This document shows, piece by piece, positions 9,848 through 20,700 of a stretch of DNA of 64,000 nucleotides (its first letter is position 1; the number at the start of each line of letters is the position of its first letter). Made by a program: the position numbers and the translations under genes. This DNA comes from an uncultured Acidimicrobiales bacterium (lineage in GTDB: Bacteria > Actinomycetota > Acidimicrobiia > Acidimicrobiales > UBA10347), in NCBI GenBank assembly GCA_943788915.1, contig CALSSD010000007.1, positions 124,001 through 188,000 of the forward strand, written 5' to 3'. The notes under the pieces are model-generated. The model did no database searches, was not told where the DNA came from, and saw only the letters and a program-made list of their open reading frames with translations.

Positions 9848-12169
9848 TCAGACCCTCCATGACGTCGACGAGTCGAACGCGACGGCGATGACGTCGTTAA
9901 TGGTTGCGGCGAAGTGCAGTTCGACCGAATCGAGTACGTGTTCGGGGATGTCCTCGGCGTCCTCACGGTTCCCTTCGGGCAGGATCACATGGGTGACACC
10001 AGCTCGGTGGGCAGCCAGGACCTTCTCCTTGACACCGCCGATTGGCAGCACTCGACCGTGCAGCGTGACTTCGCCGGTCATGGCGACGTCGGATCGCATC
10101 GCCTGGTCTCGGAGCAGACTGATAAACGCGGTGGTCATGGTGACACCGGCTGACGGACCGTCCTTCGGAATCCCACCGGCTGGGAAGTGCACGTGGAACC
10201 GTTTGTTTAGCGGATCCTCGATACCGAGTTCTGCTGCGTTTGCTCGCAGATAGGAGAGCACGATCTGGCCGGACTCTTTCATCACGTCGCCGAGCTGACC
10301 GGTCAAGGTCAGACCAGGCTCGGCATCGCTCGCCGAAACTTCAACAAATAACACGTCGCCACCAGCGCCGGTGACCGCGAGTCCAGTAGCGATACCGGGA
10401 ATGACGATGCGGTCTGCCGGCAGGTCCCGAGAGGCAGAACGCCCAAGCGCAGGTCGTAGGTCGTCGTCCGAGATCGTGATGACATCGACGTCGGGACTAC
10501 GTACGAGTTCACTGACGCCTTTGCGCATCAGCCGGTCGAGCCGCTGCTCGAGTCGACGAACCCCAGCCTCACGGGTGAAGTCACCAACGACGGTGCGCAC
10601 GATGTCGTCACTGATCACGACTTCGTCCGCGCTCACGCCGTTGCGTTTGTATAACCGAGGCAACAGGTGGTCGCGTGCGATGGAGACCTTCTCGTCTTCG
10701 GTGTAACCCTCGAGGCTGATGATCTCCATACGATCAAGCAGCGGGGCGGGGATCGTGTCAAGCACATTGGCGGTGGCGATGAAGACAACCTCGCTCAAGT
10801 CGAGTTCGGTCTCCAGATAGTGATCACGGAACGTGGCGTTCTGGGCTGGATCGAGTACTTCGAGCAGCGCAGACGATGGATCGCCACGCCAATCATTGCC
10901 GACCTTGTCGATCTCATCGAGCAAGATGACGGGGTTCATGGTGCCAGCATCGGTCAGTGCCCGAACAAGGCGACCAGGGCGCGCCCCGACATAGGTCCGG
11001 CGGTGGCCGCGGATCTCTGCTTCGTCACGGATGCCACCGAGTGACATGCGCACGAACTTGCGTCCCATGGTCTCGGCAATCGATTCACCCAGACTCGTCT
11101 TGCCCACGCCGGGAGGGCCGACGAGGGCCAAGATGGTGCCACCGGCCTTGCCGGTCTCGTCGACATCGCGTTCAGAACGCAGCTTGCGCACAGCCAGGAA
11201 TTCGATAATACGTTCCTTGACCTTGTCCAGGCCGGTGTGGTCAGCGTCTAGTTGTGCCTGAGCGTCGTCAAGGTCAAGTTTGTCTTGAGTCCGTTCGTTC
11301 CACGGCAGTTCGAAAATCGTCTCGAGCCAGGTACGAATCCAGCCTGACTCCATCGACTGATCGCCCATCCGTTCGAGTTTGGTGATCTCTTTCTCGGCTG
11401 CCTTGGCGACGACCTCGGGCAGTGCACCGTCGGCGATGCGGGCCCGATACTCGGCGATGTCATCGTCGTCTACTTCGCCTAGTTCTTCACGGATGGATGC
11501 CATCTGGCGGCGAAGGATCGCTTCTCGCTGATCCTTTTCGAAACCTTCACGCACCGTCGAGTTGACGTCGTGGTTCACGTTGGCCTCGGCCAACGCTTCC
11601 TTGACCCAGACAAGGGCCTTGGTGATACGTTCAGTCGGGTCGATCGTTTCGAACAATTCCCGGCGGCGATCATCGCCCAGGTCTGGCCATAGCCCGATCG
11701 TGTCGGCAAGCGCCCCCGGGTCTTCGACGCCGTCGAGCATGCCAACAAGCCGACTGCCGCCCACCAAACGAAGCAACTCCATTGCGGTACCGCGATATTC
11801 GATTGCAAGCGCCTTCGCTTCTGCGGTCGCTTTACCTTCTTCGACCTCGGTCACGGTCACATGGAGTACGCCGTCGGTGCCGGTCTCCCCCTGACCGATT
11901 CGTACGCGACGCAGGCCCCGTAACACCGCACCTTCGCCGCCGCCAGGAAGCTGGCCATGTTGTTCGATGCGAACGACGATGCCGATCGTCGAATAGTCCC
12001 CACCAGATTGGGGGACAGCGACCAGTTCCTTGCCATCGGTGCCCGCGGCGGCTTCAAACGCGGCCCGGGCACCTGGGCTTTGGGCTTCGACGGTCACGAC
12101 CATGTCGGGGAAGAACACGCCATTGGGAATGGGAAGAAGGGGGAGAGTTGTGCTGTTAATCGTGGACAC
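9848..12169 (-). CDS. lon: ATP-dependent protease La (Lon)
   Basis: Walker A GPPGVGKTS, LLDEIDK, PKDGPSAG (catalytic Ser), IGGVKEK (Lys). GTG start after GAGG. Confidence 0.97.
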   Translation of the reverse strand: MSTINSTTLPLLPIPNGVFFPDMVVTVEAQSPGARAAFEAAAGTDGKELVAVPQSGGDYSTIGIVVRIEQHGQLPGGGEGAVLRGLRRVRIGQGETGTDGVLHVTVTEVEEGKATAEAKALAIEYRGTAMELLRLVGGSRLVGMLDGVEDPGALADTIGLWPDLGDDRRRELFETIDPTERITKALVWVKEALAEANVNHDVNSTVREGFEKDQREAILRRQMASIREELGEVDDDDIAEYRARIADGALPEVVAKAAEKEITKLERMGDQSMESGWIRTWLETIFELPWNERTQDKLDLDDAQAQLDADHTGLDKVKERIIEFLAVRKLRSERDVDETGKAGGTILALVGPPGVGKTSLGESIAETMGRKFVRMSLGGIRDEAEIRGHRRTYVGARPGRLVRALTDAGTMNPVILLDEIDKVGNDWRGDPSSALLEVLDPAQNATFRDHYLETELDLSEVVFIATANVLDTIPAPLLDRMEIISLEGYTEDEKVSIARDHLLPRLYKRNGVSADEVVISDDIVRTVVGDFTREAGVRRLEQRLDRLMRKGVSELVRSPDVDVITISDDDLRPALGRSASRDLPADRIVIPGIATGLAVTGAGGDVLFVEVSASDAEPGLTLTGQLGDVMKESGQIVLSYLRANAAELGIEDPLNKRFHVHFPAGGIPKDGPSAGVTMTTAFISLLRDQAMRSDVAMTGEVTLHGRVLPIGGVKEKVLAAHRAGVTHVILPEGNREDAEDIPEHVLDSVELHFAATINDVIAVAFDSSTSWRV

Positions 12170-12390
12170 GCATACCTCGCAAGTGGGGTGGATTACACGA
12201 TTACAACGGGCGCGCACGCCCGCTATTCCACACCCGCCGAGTCAAGATTCACCACAGTCAGTAGACCCGCATCATCATGCGGTTTCCAGCCGCCGGCCGT
12301 GACTACCGACACACGAAAGAGCGTCCGACTTCCGAGCCTCGTCAGCCCGTGATATACCCCGAGACGCCGGTCAGTGGCAGGTGTCCGGCA

Positions 12391-14337
12391 TCAGTCTCGT
12401 GCGGCCAGGGCCAGTTCGCTGAGGTCGCTCATCATTGCGCCGATTTCATAGTCGCTCGGGGTGTAGATCCGAGCAACACCTGCTGAGCGCAACGCCTCGT
12501 GGTCCTCGCCGGGGATGATCCCGCCAACGATGACCGGTGCATGCACTCCAACTGCGGCAAGTGCCGCAAGAACCGCTGGCACCAGTTCGACATGGCTGCC
12601 GGAGAGAACCGAAAGCCCGATCAAGTCGACGTCTTCGTCGCGGGCGGTGGCTGCAATCTGGTCTGGTGTTCGGCGAATGCCCTGGTAGACGACCTCCATC
12701 CCGCTGTCTCTGGCTGCGAGCGCTATCTGTTCGGCGCCATTCGAATGACCATCGAGTCCGGGTTTGGCGATCAGCACCTTGGGCGGGCCGTCGGCAAGAC
12801 CCTGGTGGAAGCTCGCCAATGCTCCAAGGGCCGCGGTGCCGACGGCGGCTGCGTGAGCGACCCCAGTAGGCCCCTGAAATTCGCCGAAGACACCTCGCAA
12901 CGCATGCGCCCACTCCCCTGTGGTCACGCCAGCGCGAGCACATTCGATAGTGGCTGCCATGATGTTCTCGGTGCTGCTTGCCACCCGGCGCAACTCGTCG
13001 ATCGCCGCTTCTGCGGCGGCACGATCACGACTCGTGCGCCACTGTTCGACGTCGGCAACCATCTGTTGCCCGACGTGGGGGTCTACCCGCAGAATCGCTT
13101 CGGAGCCACCGAGCGCCGATGGCTCGGACTCGGTGAAGTGGTTGCGTCCAACAACGGTGGTATCACCCGTCTCTATCGATCGGACTCGCCGAGCATTCGA
13201 TTCGACCAGCGAACGTTTCATGTCTTCGATGGCAGCAAACGCTCCACCCCGTTCGATAATCCCATTGAGCTCGGACCATGCGTCGACCATCAGGTCTGAG
13301 GTGAGCGCCTCGATCACATGGCTGCCAGCGAAGATGTCGTCGTATTCGAGCAGGTCGGTTTCAAACGCCAACACCTGTTGCATACGAAGCGCCCATTGTT
13401 GATCCCACGGGCGTGGCAGACCTAGTGCCTCGTTCCAGGCTGGCAGCTGGATCGACCGGGCTCGCGCATCCTTGGACAAGGTCACGCCCAGCATTTCGAG
13501 CACAATTCGTTGCACATTGTTCTCGGGTTGGGACTCGGTCAAGCCCAGCGAGTTGACCTGCACGCCATAACGAAACCGGCGCTGTTTCGGGTCCGTCACG
13601 CCATACCGGTCGCGGGTAATCTGCTCCCACATCTGGGTAAACGCCCGCATCTTGGCCGTCTCTTCAACGAACCGAATGCCAGCATTGACGAAGAACGACA
13701 CGCTGCCGACAACCTGACCGAACGCATCATCAGCTACCTGTCCGCTTGCTCGGACCGCGTCGAGTACGGCCACTGCATTGGCCAACGCAAACGAGAGCTC
13801 TTGGACCGGTGTGGCGCCAGCTTCCTGCAGGTGATAACTACAGATATTGATCGGGTTCCACGCTGGCACTTCGGCCGCGCAGAAGGCGATCATGTCGACG
13901 ATCAAACGCAGGCTTGGTTCAGGCGGGAAGATGTACGTGCCCCGGCTCAGGTATTCCTTGACGATGTCGTTCTGCGTTGTGCCCCGCAGCTCGGCACGGG
14001 CCACCCCCTGGGTCTCGGCATTGGCGATGTGTAACGCCAGGAGCCATGACGCGGGCGCATTGATCGTCATCGAGGTGTTCATCTGGCCAACGGGGATTCC
14101 GTCGAGCAGCGTCTGCATGTGGCCAAGATGCACGATCGGCACGCCGACCTTGCCGACCTCACCCGCCGCAAGCACATCGTCGGGGTCATATCCCGTCTGC
14201 GTTGGCAAGTCGAACGCAATGGATAGTCCGGTCTGGCCCTTCTCAAGATTGCTGCGATACAGGGCGTTCGAAGCGTCAGGGGTGGAGTGCCCGGCATAGG
14301 TCCGCATCATCCATGGCCGGTCTCGATCTCGTGTCAC
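12391..14337 (-). CDS. ecm: Ethylmalonyl-CoA mutase (MeaA/Ecm), B12-dependent
   Basis: RDRPWMMRTYAGHS, GQTGLSIAFDLPTQTGYD, QLPAWNEALGLPRPWDQQW, and the B12-binding KPGLDGHSNG. Confidence 0.9.
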   Translation of the reverse strand: MTRDRDRPWMMRTYAGHSTPDASNALYRSNLEKGQTGLSIAFDLPTQTGYDPDDVLAAGEVGKVGVPIVHLGHMQTLLDGIPVGQMNTSMTINAPASWLLALHIANAETQGVARAELRGTTQNDIVKEYLSRGTYIFPPEPSLRLIVDMIAFCAAEVPAWNPINICSYHLQEAGATPVQELSFALANAVAVLDAVRASGQVADDAFGQVVGSVSFFVNAGIRFVEETAKMRAFTQMWEQITRDRYGVTDPKQRRFRYGVQVNSLGLTESQPENNVQRIVLEMLGVTLSKDARARSIQLPAWNEALGLPRPWDQQWALRMQQVLAFETDLLEYDDIFAGSHVIEALTSDLMVDAWSELNGIIERGGAFAAIEDMKRSLVESNARRVRSIETGDTTVVGRNHFTESEPSALGGSEAILRVDPHVGQQMVADVEQWRTSRDRAAAEAAIDELRRVASSTENIMAATIECARAGVTTGEWAHALRGVFGEFQGPTGVAHAAAVGTAALGALASFHQGLADGPPKVLIAKPGLDGHSNGAEQIALAARDSGMEVVYQGIRRTPDQIAATARDEDVDLIGLSVLSGSHVELVPAVLAALAAVGVHAPVIVGGIIPGEDHEALRSAGVARIYTPSDYEIGAMMSDLSELALAARD

Positions 14338-14445
14338 CCAACCAGTGTGGCCCGCAGGCGAGCTGGACTGTCACTCACGACTCGAAGCGTTGCCGCTGAC
14401 CCGGTCCGCTCCAACACACGACTCGCCTTCTGACGCAGCAAGACC

Positions 14446-15369
14446 TCAGCCCCGAAGGTTGCGCAGCTGTTCGATATGGGCCGGCAGGTGCATCGAAGCC
14501 TGAGTGGCAACCGCAACGGACTCCCATGGCAGTAGACGATCGACCATCGTCTCGCCGTTGTGCAGCAGGCAGCAGTGCACCTCGTTCTGGCGCTGGTCTG
14601 GAGACAACCGACGCAACGAAGCAAGCACAAGTTGCGCCATGTTCTGGCCAGCGGTGATCAGGCCCGCTAGATCGTGATTAGCAGCGATGAACGAGGCCAG
14701 CACATCGAGGTCCTGACACACATGGTTCTCGAAACGAGCCTCGTTCTGGTGCACGAGCGCCTGACAGACGCCCAACATTGCGGCATCGTTGAGCGCAACG
14801 TGTGCGACCACCTGTTCGGCATTCCACTCACCATCGGGGGCCGGACCGAACCCACCGAGTTCGGCCTCGGCGAAAAACGTTTCGTACACGCCGGCCAGTT
14901 CGGTGAGATCGACCGCGTCGGGGCGCACCTCGGCTGCATCTGCGAAGAAATCGAGCACGTAACCCCATGCGTTCGGTCCCACGTATCCAAGGCGGCGAGC
15001 ACCGCCGGCTTCACCGAAGGTTTCCCAGCCTCGATGTTCGATAACCACTCGGGTCCCGGCGCCATCAGCCTCGAAGACAACCTCGACCTCGCTTGCCTCT
15101 TCGCCATCGCCACCGGGGTGCCAGGTGAAGACCAGTCGGACAGACGGCTCCCATGCCAGGACCTTGCCCCAGATCGCTTCGGACCCGTCGACCGACTGTT
15201 CAACAAGTTGACCATCGCTGAATGCAACGCTCGCCGAGGCGTCGCCGAACAGTCCGTGGGATGGCAGCGGCCACCATGCCCCGATCTCTGACGTGAACAC
15301 GTGGAACGCCTCGTCGATCGGGCGATTCACCCACGCGGCCCGCACTACTGGAGGAAATCCTGACATCAT
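14446..15369 (-). CDS. SRPBCC/Aha1 domain fused to a DinB/MDMPI-like helical domain
   Basis: AFHVFTSEIGAWWP...VLAWEP...EHRGWE, then EWNAEQVVAHV...HLPAHIEQL. Confidence 0.78.
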   Translation of the reverse strand: MMSGFPPVVRAAWVNRPIDEAFHVFTSEIGAWWPLPSHGLFGDASASVAFSDGQLVEQSVDGSEAIWGKVLAWEPSVRLVFTWHPGGDGEEASEVEVVFEADGAGTRVVIEHRGWETFGEAGGARRLGYVGPNAWGYVLDFFADAAEVRPDAVDLTELAGVYETFFAEAELGGFGPAPDGEWNAEQVVAHVALNDAAMLGVCQALVHQNEARFENHVCQDLDVLASFIAANHDLAGLITAGQNMAQLVLASLRRLSPDQRQNEVHCCLLHNGETMVDRLLPWESVAVATQASMHLPAHIEQLRNLRG

Positions 15370-15674
15370 TTTACTCCTTCTGCATGGGCCACAAAGGCCG
15401 TGAGTGCGTCGTCCCAGAATGAATCCACCCATGCCCGCACCGAGCGCAGGCCATCGGGGTCGATTCGGTACATACGCCGAGCGCCGTCGGGACGAGCGAC
15501 CACGAGGCCTGCCTCGCGTAACACCTTGAGATGTTGTGACACGGCGGGCTGGCTCACGGTCGTGCCATCAGTTAACTCCCGCACGCTGCGTTCGCCGTTA
15601 CGAAGCAACTCCAACACCCGCCGACGGGTTGGGTCGTGCAAGACATCAAGGGCTGCCGTTGCTTCATAAGTCAT
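15366..15674 (-). CDS. ArsR/SmtB family transcriptional regulator
   Basis: DPTRRRVLELL...SVRELT...VSQPAVSQHLKVLREAGLV. ATGA overlap with the downstream SRPBCC gene. Confidence 0.93.
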   Translation of the reverse strand: MTYEATAALDVLHDPTRRRVLELLRNGERSVRELTDGTTVSQPAVSQHLKVLREAGLVVARPDGARRMYRIDPDGLRSVRAWVDSFWDDALTAFVAHAEGVK

Positions 15675-15681
15675 GACTTAT
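15666..15681. promoter_or_regulatory. Perfect 16-bp palindrome, candidate ArsR autoregulatory operator
   Basis: ATAAGTCATGACTTAT overlaps the ArsR start codon. Confidence 0.65.
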
Positions 15682-15931
15682 TATTAGCATGAACGAATGG
15701 AAAGGGAAAGTGGACGAACCCGTCACAACACGTGGTCACTCGCATCTGGTCCCGCCACGGCCCTCGCCGGTCGCGCGTCGCGGCCGAAAGACGGACCCCG
15801 CCGTGTTCACGTTGGAGCCATGCACGTTTGGAGACAACGTCCATCGCATCTTCGTCCACTGCAACCTCGACAGGATGCGCCGGCCCTACCAGTCACCAGC
15901 GTCGAGGCGAGTCCATCGCTACTCTGCAGCC

Positions 15932-16513
15932 ATGAGCAGTGATTCCCAGACCGGTGCTTCCTCCATTAGGGCATTCACGAAGCGCACCCGGCCTGCGGGT
16001 TTGGTGATCACCCCGGGTGCCAGCGCTGACCGCGATCACGCAACGCTGAAGGCGATTGAAGATGGGATTCCTGAGCTGCCAGTGTTGCGGCTCACGCTGG
16101 CAACCACAAGCGTTTCGAACGCAGTGAAGAAGATCGCCGCTGCCGGCGCCGAGTTCGCTGCTGAACTTGGTGTGGCACCGAAGAAGCTGGCTTATGGCGG
16201 TCGCAGCTTCGGTGGCCGATCATGTTCGGTTGCTGTGGCCGAAGGGCTGCCAGCCACCGCGCTGGTGTTGTTGTCCTATCCGCTACACCCGCCGGGGAAA
16301 CCCGAGAAACTTCGCACCGAACACTTCGCAGACATCTCAGTGCCGACGCTGTTCGTGTCCGGCCAGAAGGACCCTTTCGGGAAACCCGACGAGTTCGCAG
16401 AACATGTGCCGGCCATCCCTGCTGCCACCACTCTCGAATGGGTCGCAGGCAACCACTCCCCCAAAGGCAACGACGAAATTGTCGAACTCGTTCGCACCTA
16501 CCTGGGGTACTGA
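15932..16513 (+). CDS. Alpha/beta hydrolase (small dienelactone-hydrolase/KANSL3-like)
   Basis: GGRSFGGR nucleophile elbow, LSYPLHPPGK, GQKDPFG, GNHS. Confidence 0.87.
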   Translation: MSSDSQTGASSIRAFTKRTRPAGLVITPGASADRDHATLKAIEDGIPELPVLRLTLATTSVSNAVKKIAAAGAEFAAELGVAPKKLAYGGRSFGGRSCSVAVAEGLPATALVLLSYPLHPPGKPEKLRTEHFADISVPTLFVSGQKDPFGKPDEFAEHVPAIPAATTLEWVAGNHSPKGNDEIVELVRTYLGY

Positions 16514-16550
16514 CCGGCAGGCTCGATATTTCGCCAACTACGGTCCGATC

Positions 16551-17003
16551 ATGTCGAACATCGAAGATGTAAAGAGTTTCCTGGCCTCCGAAACCGGATT
16601 GGCAACCGTAAGCACGACTCAGGCCGACGGTCGGGTTTTGTCAAGTGTCGTCAACTGTGGCGTGATCAATCATCCGGTGCACGGCCAGCCGTGTGTCGCC
16701 TTGGTGTCTCGAGGAAGTGCTGCTCGTGTCGGCCACGTGCGCCGGGGCTCCCATGTCACGGTGTCGGCTCGCCGAGGCTGGAACTGGGTCGCTGCAACTG
16801 GCCCTGCGGACCTCATTGGGCCCCATAACCTCCCGGACAACTACGACGCCGATCAGCTTCGACTGCTGCTTCGTGAGATCTATCAGGCCGCTGGCGGCAC
16901 CCATGACGACTATGACGAGTACGACCGGGCGATGGTCGAAGACGGCCGCATCGCCGTGCTCGTCGCCGCTGACCGCATCTTAGGCAATCACCCGCGATCC
17001 TAG
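16551..17003 (+). CDS. PPOX-class, probable F420-dependent oxidoreductase
   Basis: LATVSTTQADGRVLSSVVN...LLREIYQAAGGTHDDYDEYDRAM. Confidence 0.8.
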   Translation: MSNIEDVKSFLASETGLATVSTTQADGRVLSSVVNCGVINHPVHGQPCVALVSRGSAARVGHVRRGSHVTVSARRGWNWVAATGPADLIGPHNLPDNYDADQLRLLLREIYQAAGGTHDDYDEYDRAMVEDGRIAVLVAADRILGNHPRS

Positions 17004-17043
17004 CCGCTCGAATTGTTACGTCCCCAGGGGAAGTAACAATTCA

Positions 17044-17500
17044 GATGGCCATCTCGACCACGTTGGCGGATCCGGCGCATTCGCAGCTGACGCCGAGGCT
17101 CGAGGCAACGGACCTGTCCGCGTGGTCGGCCACGAGAAGGTGGCACCTCGGTTCACTCGGTACCGGGATACTTCTGGCTACAACCGTGTCATCAACCTCC
17201 GTCAGTTCGGCGGTGCCGCTACCGACCTCGCCAAAGCGACCGAAGGGCCATTCTTGCCAGAATCTGTGCTCGAGCCCGACACGACGTGTCGAGACCAACT
17301 CACCGTGGAGATCGGTAACCACGGATGCCGAGTTGTTCGTGCTAGCCCATGGCCTGCCGATCGCTGGCATCGGCCGCATCCGCACCTGCTGATCACCGTT
17401 GCCGAGACGCTAGAGAAGCTGGTTGCCGATGTAGTCGACGCGATGAATAGCGGCACGGCCATCGGCGAATTTGTGATTTCTGGCGAAGTCCCCGAGACCA
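17044..17500 (+). pseudogene. Fragment of an MBL-fold alkyl-sulfatase-like hydrolase
   Basis: GHLDHVGG...VVGHEKVAPRFTRYRDTSGYNRVINLRQFG, then frameshifted AHGLPIAG...RIR and LEKLVADVVDAMNSG. No start codon, and the middle of the protein is missing. End coordinate approximate. Confidence 0.68.
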
Positions 17501-17708
17501 CGTTCGTCCTCGACCTCGAGGGCTCGTCATCGGCCCGGCCGGCCATGATCGCTTCGTTGGTGAATGCTCAGAAGTTGGCCGTTTCGAAGGCCACGAGCAG
17601 ACGGGCCTCGATTTCGATCGGCGGACGTAACCAGCGAATTTCTGGGAAGTGGCAACCGACGAGATTGGGATCACTGGGTCAGCCCTGATCGAGCTAACCC
17701 TGACTGGC

Positions 17709-20700
17709 TTAACCACCCAGGCCAGCGGCGATCGCTGCCTGGAGCTGCACCGGATCAACACCACAATCAACTCCGGCCTGACCGACCAGTTCAAGCGACG
17801 CCGCGTCGCCTGCCAGCAGGTTTGGCACAAGAATGCCCTCGCCACCAGCTCGTTCATAGGAGGTCACAATGGTGCAGTGGGCCGCGTTCCCCTCGATGCC
17901 TGCATCGGTGAGCAGGCCAAACAGAGCGGGTGCGAAGGTGCCTGCAGGCGCTTCATCGGGGAAGTCTGCCGGGTCGAGCAGTGAACCCTCTTCCTCGGGA
18001 ACTGTCGTGGCAGTCGGTGTCGGATCACCAGCCGCGGGTGTTGGTGCAGGCATGGGCGTTGGGGCTGGCGTCGGTGTCGGCGCCGGCGTTGGTGTCGGCA
18101 CGGGTGTGGGTGTCGGAAGTGCTACCGCGGCATACGACACCGTGTCAGCGGAGCCGGATGATGTATCGGCTGACGCATACAGACCAACCCCGGCCGCTGC
18201 GAACGCAACTGCGCCGATACCAGCAAGCAACGTCTGATCGCTGGGCATCGGCGCTGCCAACTTCACCGCCTGGCCTGGATTGGACTGTGCAGCGGTGCCC
18301 AGCCAACCCTTGCTATCGACCCACACCATCATTGGTGGCATGACAACCAAGGCCGCCAACAGAGCTATGGCAACGTTCAGCGTCACGATCAGGCCGAAGT
18401 CACGAAGCAATGGCAGCGGCGACACCATCAACACGGCAAAGCCCCCGATGGTGGTGACCGCCGAGGTGAAGAAGGCACGGCCGGTTCGGCCTGCGGCAGT
18501 GTCGCTCGCCTCACGGGGTGACAAGCCGCTCTCGCGTTCCTCGAGATAACGGCCAAAGATCAGCACCGAGAACTCGGTGCATGTCGCTATCACCAGCGGG
18601 CCGGACACCGTCGTGAGCGGGCTGAGCTCGATACCGAGCAGACCAACGATCAACGACGAGGCGCCAACCGCGAGGAACACCGGCACGAGTGCAAGCATCG
18701 CTCGGCTAAAGCTGCGGAACCGGAACACCAGGAACAGCCCGACGAGACACAACGCCAGGTAGGTGAGCGCCGCCCGATTCGACGAAAGGTTCTCAAGCAG
18801 CCCGATGCCGACCGTCGCCAATCCTGCTGGTGTGGCGGTGACGGCCTCCTGGTCAGGCCCAAGGTCGGTGAGCAGGATGCTGTCGGCTTCGATGTCAAGC
18901 GCAGCGATGCGGGTAGCGAGATCAGCTTTCAATTCGTCGACGGTTACTGCCCGCTGCTCGAGACTGGCCGGAGCCAGTCGCAAGTTGATCTGAGCCGCAG
19001 TCTGGTCGGGCGACACCAGCACTCGGGCGATGTCGGGCGGCATCAGATCGCCCGAGTCAGCAATGTCGACCTCGGTCGGAGCGATCACCGTGGCGCCATC
19101 AATGTCGATGATTTTTGCCAATGCGTTCACCAAGCTGGATGATGCGACGACAGCGCCGTCGTCGCGGGTTTCGGCAGCGATCGTGAAGTCGTGGATCAGG
19201 TCGATCTCGTTCTGGTCGTAGACGTTGTTGGCCTTGACGATGACGCCCAACGTGGTGGCGAACCCGGTTTCACTCTCGAGTCGCTCGATGTCGGCTACGA
19301 CCTCGCTGCCATGGTCGATCCATTTGACGGGATCAGATTCGATCTTGGTTCGGCCCTCAACGAGAATGCCGCCCACGAAAAGGAAGATCGACAAGATCAC
19401 CAGAGCCAGCCCTGCCTTCGTGGGCATGCTCCCGAGTTTGACGACGAGTCGCTCAACAAGCGAGCTTCCCTGCTGTCCGGTCGACACGGGGCGATCACGG
19501 CTACCCAGTGCCGAAGCGGTCAACGCAATACCAACCGTCACCAAGACAGCGACACCGATCATCAACAACACACCGAAGTCACGGATCATCGGGACTTTCG
19601 AGAGCTGTAGCGCCAGGAAGGCCACGACGCCTGCGATGGCGGCCACGATCAGTGGCGGCGCAAGGTTGGCCAGCGTCTCCGCAACCGGGTGATCTTCCCG
19701 GTCGAGAAGCACTTCTTCTTCAACTCGGTTCTGGATCTGAATCGCAAAGTCGATACCGAGCCCGATCAAGATCGGGAGCCCGGAGATCGTGACGAGCGAC
19801 AGATCAATACCCACCCACCCCACGATTGAGAACGTCCAGATGACACCGACAAGAACAGCCAGAAGCGGCAAGAGGCGCCAGCGCACTCGGAAAAGAACTG
19901 CGAGCACAACTGCCATCACCAGCAAAGCGATAGCTCCCAAGGTGAGCATGCCGCCCTTTAAGTAGTCGTTGATCTCCTTGAGATACACGGGGGAACCGGT
20001 GACGGTCAGATCGAAACCATCGAGCTCGACGGTGTCCAGAATGGCCAACAGCTCCTCGGTCGCTACTGACTGAGCCTCGAGGTCAAGGTTCCCCTCGAGT
20101 ACGACCCCTCCTACCGCGGTCGAGTTGATGGGGCGACCATCGAGATTAGGAAAGGTGCCAGCAAGTGACTTCCGGATGACTCGATCACCGTCGGCCGGCG
20201 CAACAACATCGCCATCAACAAGGTCGAAGTTGTCGTTGCCGTAGATAAGAAGGTCATTCCACTCCGGGTTACCGAGCACCTGGTCGTTGGCCTCGACAGC
20301 ACCAAGCCTGGCCAGGCTCAAGGAGATATCTGCGCCACGAGCTGCTGCACCATCGGTGTCTCGGCCTGCGGCGTTGATCAGCGCACTACGTCCTGCACCT
20401 TTGAGGAGTGCGTCGCTAAAGGTGATCGAGACGGGCGGTGTGATCACCGAACGGACGTTGTCAACCGAGCGCATCTCTTCGGTCACCGCGTTGAGTTTGG
20501 CGAGATTCTCGCCTTCGATCAGGCCCGCAACATCGGCCGCACCATCGTTCGCACTGAACAACAAGATGACCGTCTCACCGCCAAAGTTGTCCTGAAACTC
20601 GACATTGTCCAACGCAATCTGGGAGTTCGGATTCAGGTAGCTGTCCTGCCCGGTTGCGAATTCGACCCTGGTCAAACCAAAGGCAAGCGCGGCGGTGATC

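Noticed and set aside
9591..10253. 220-aa plus-strand ORF after the M20 peptidase
   Set aside because: Mostly antisense to lon, with Ser/Ala-rich shadow composition.
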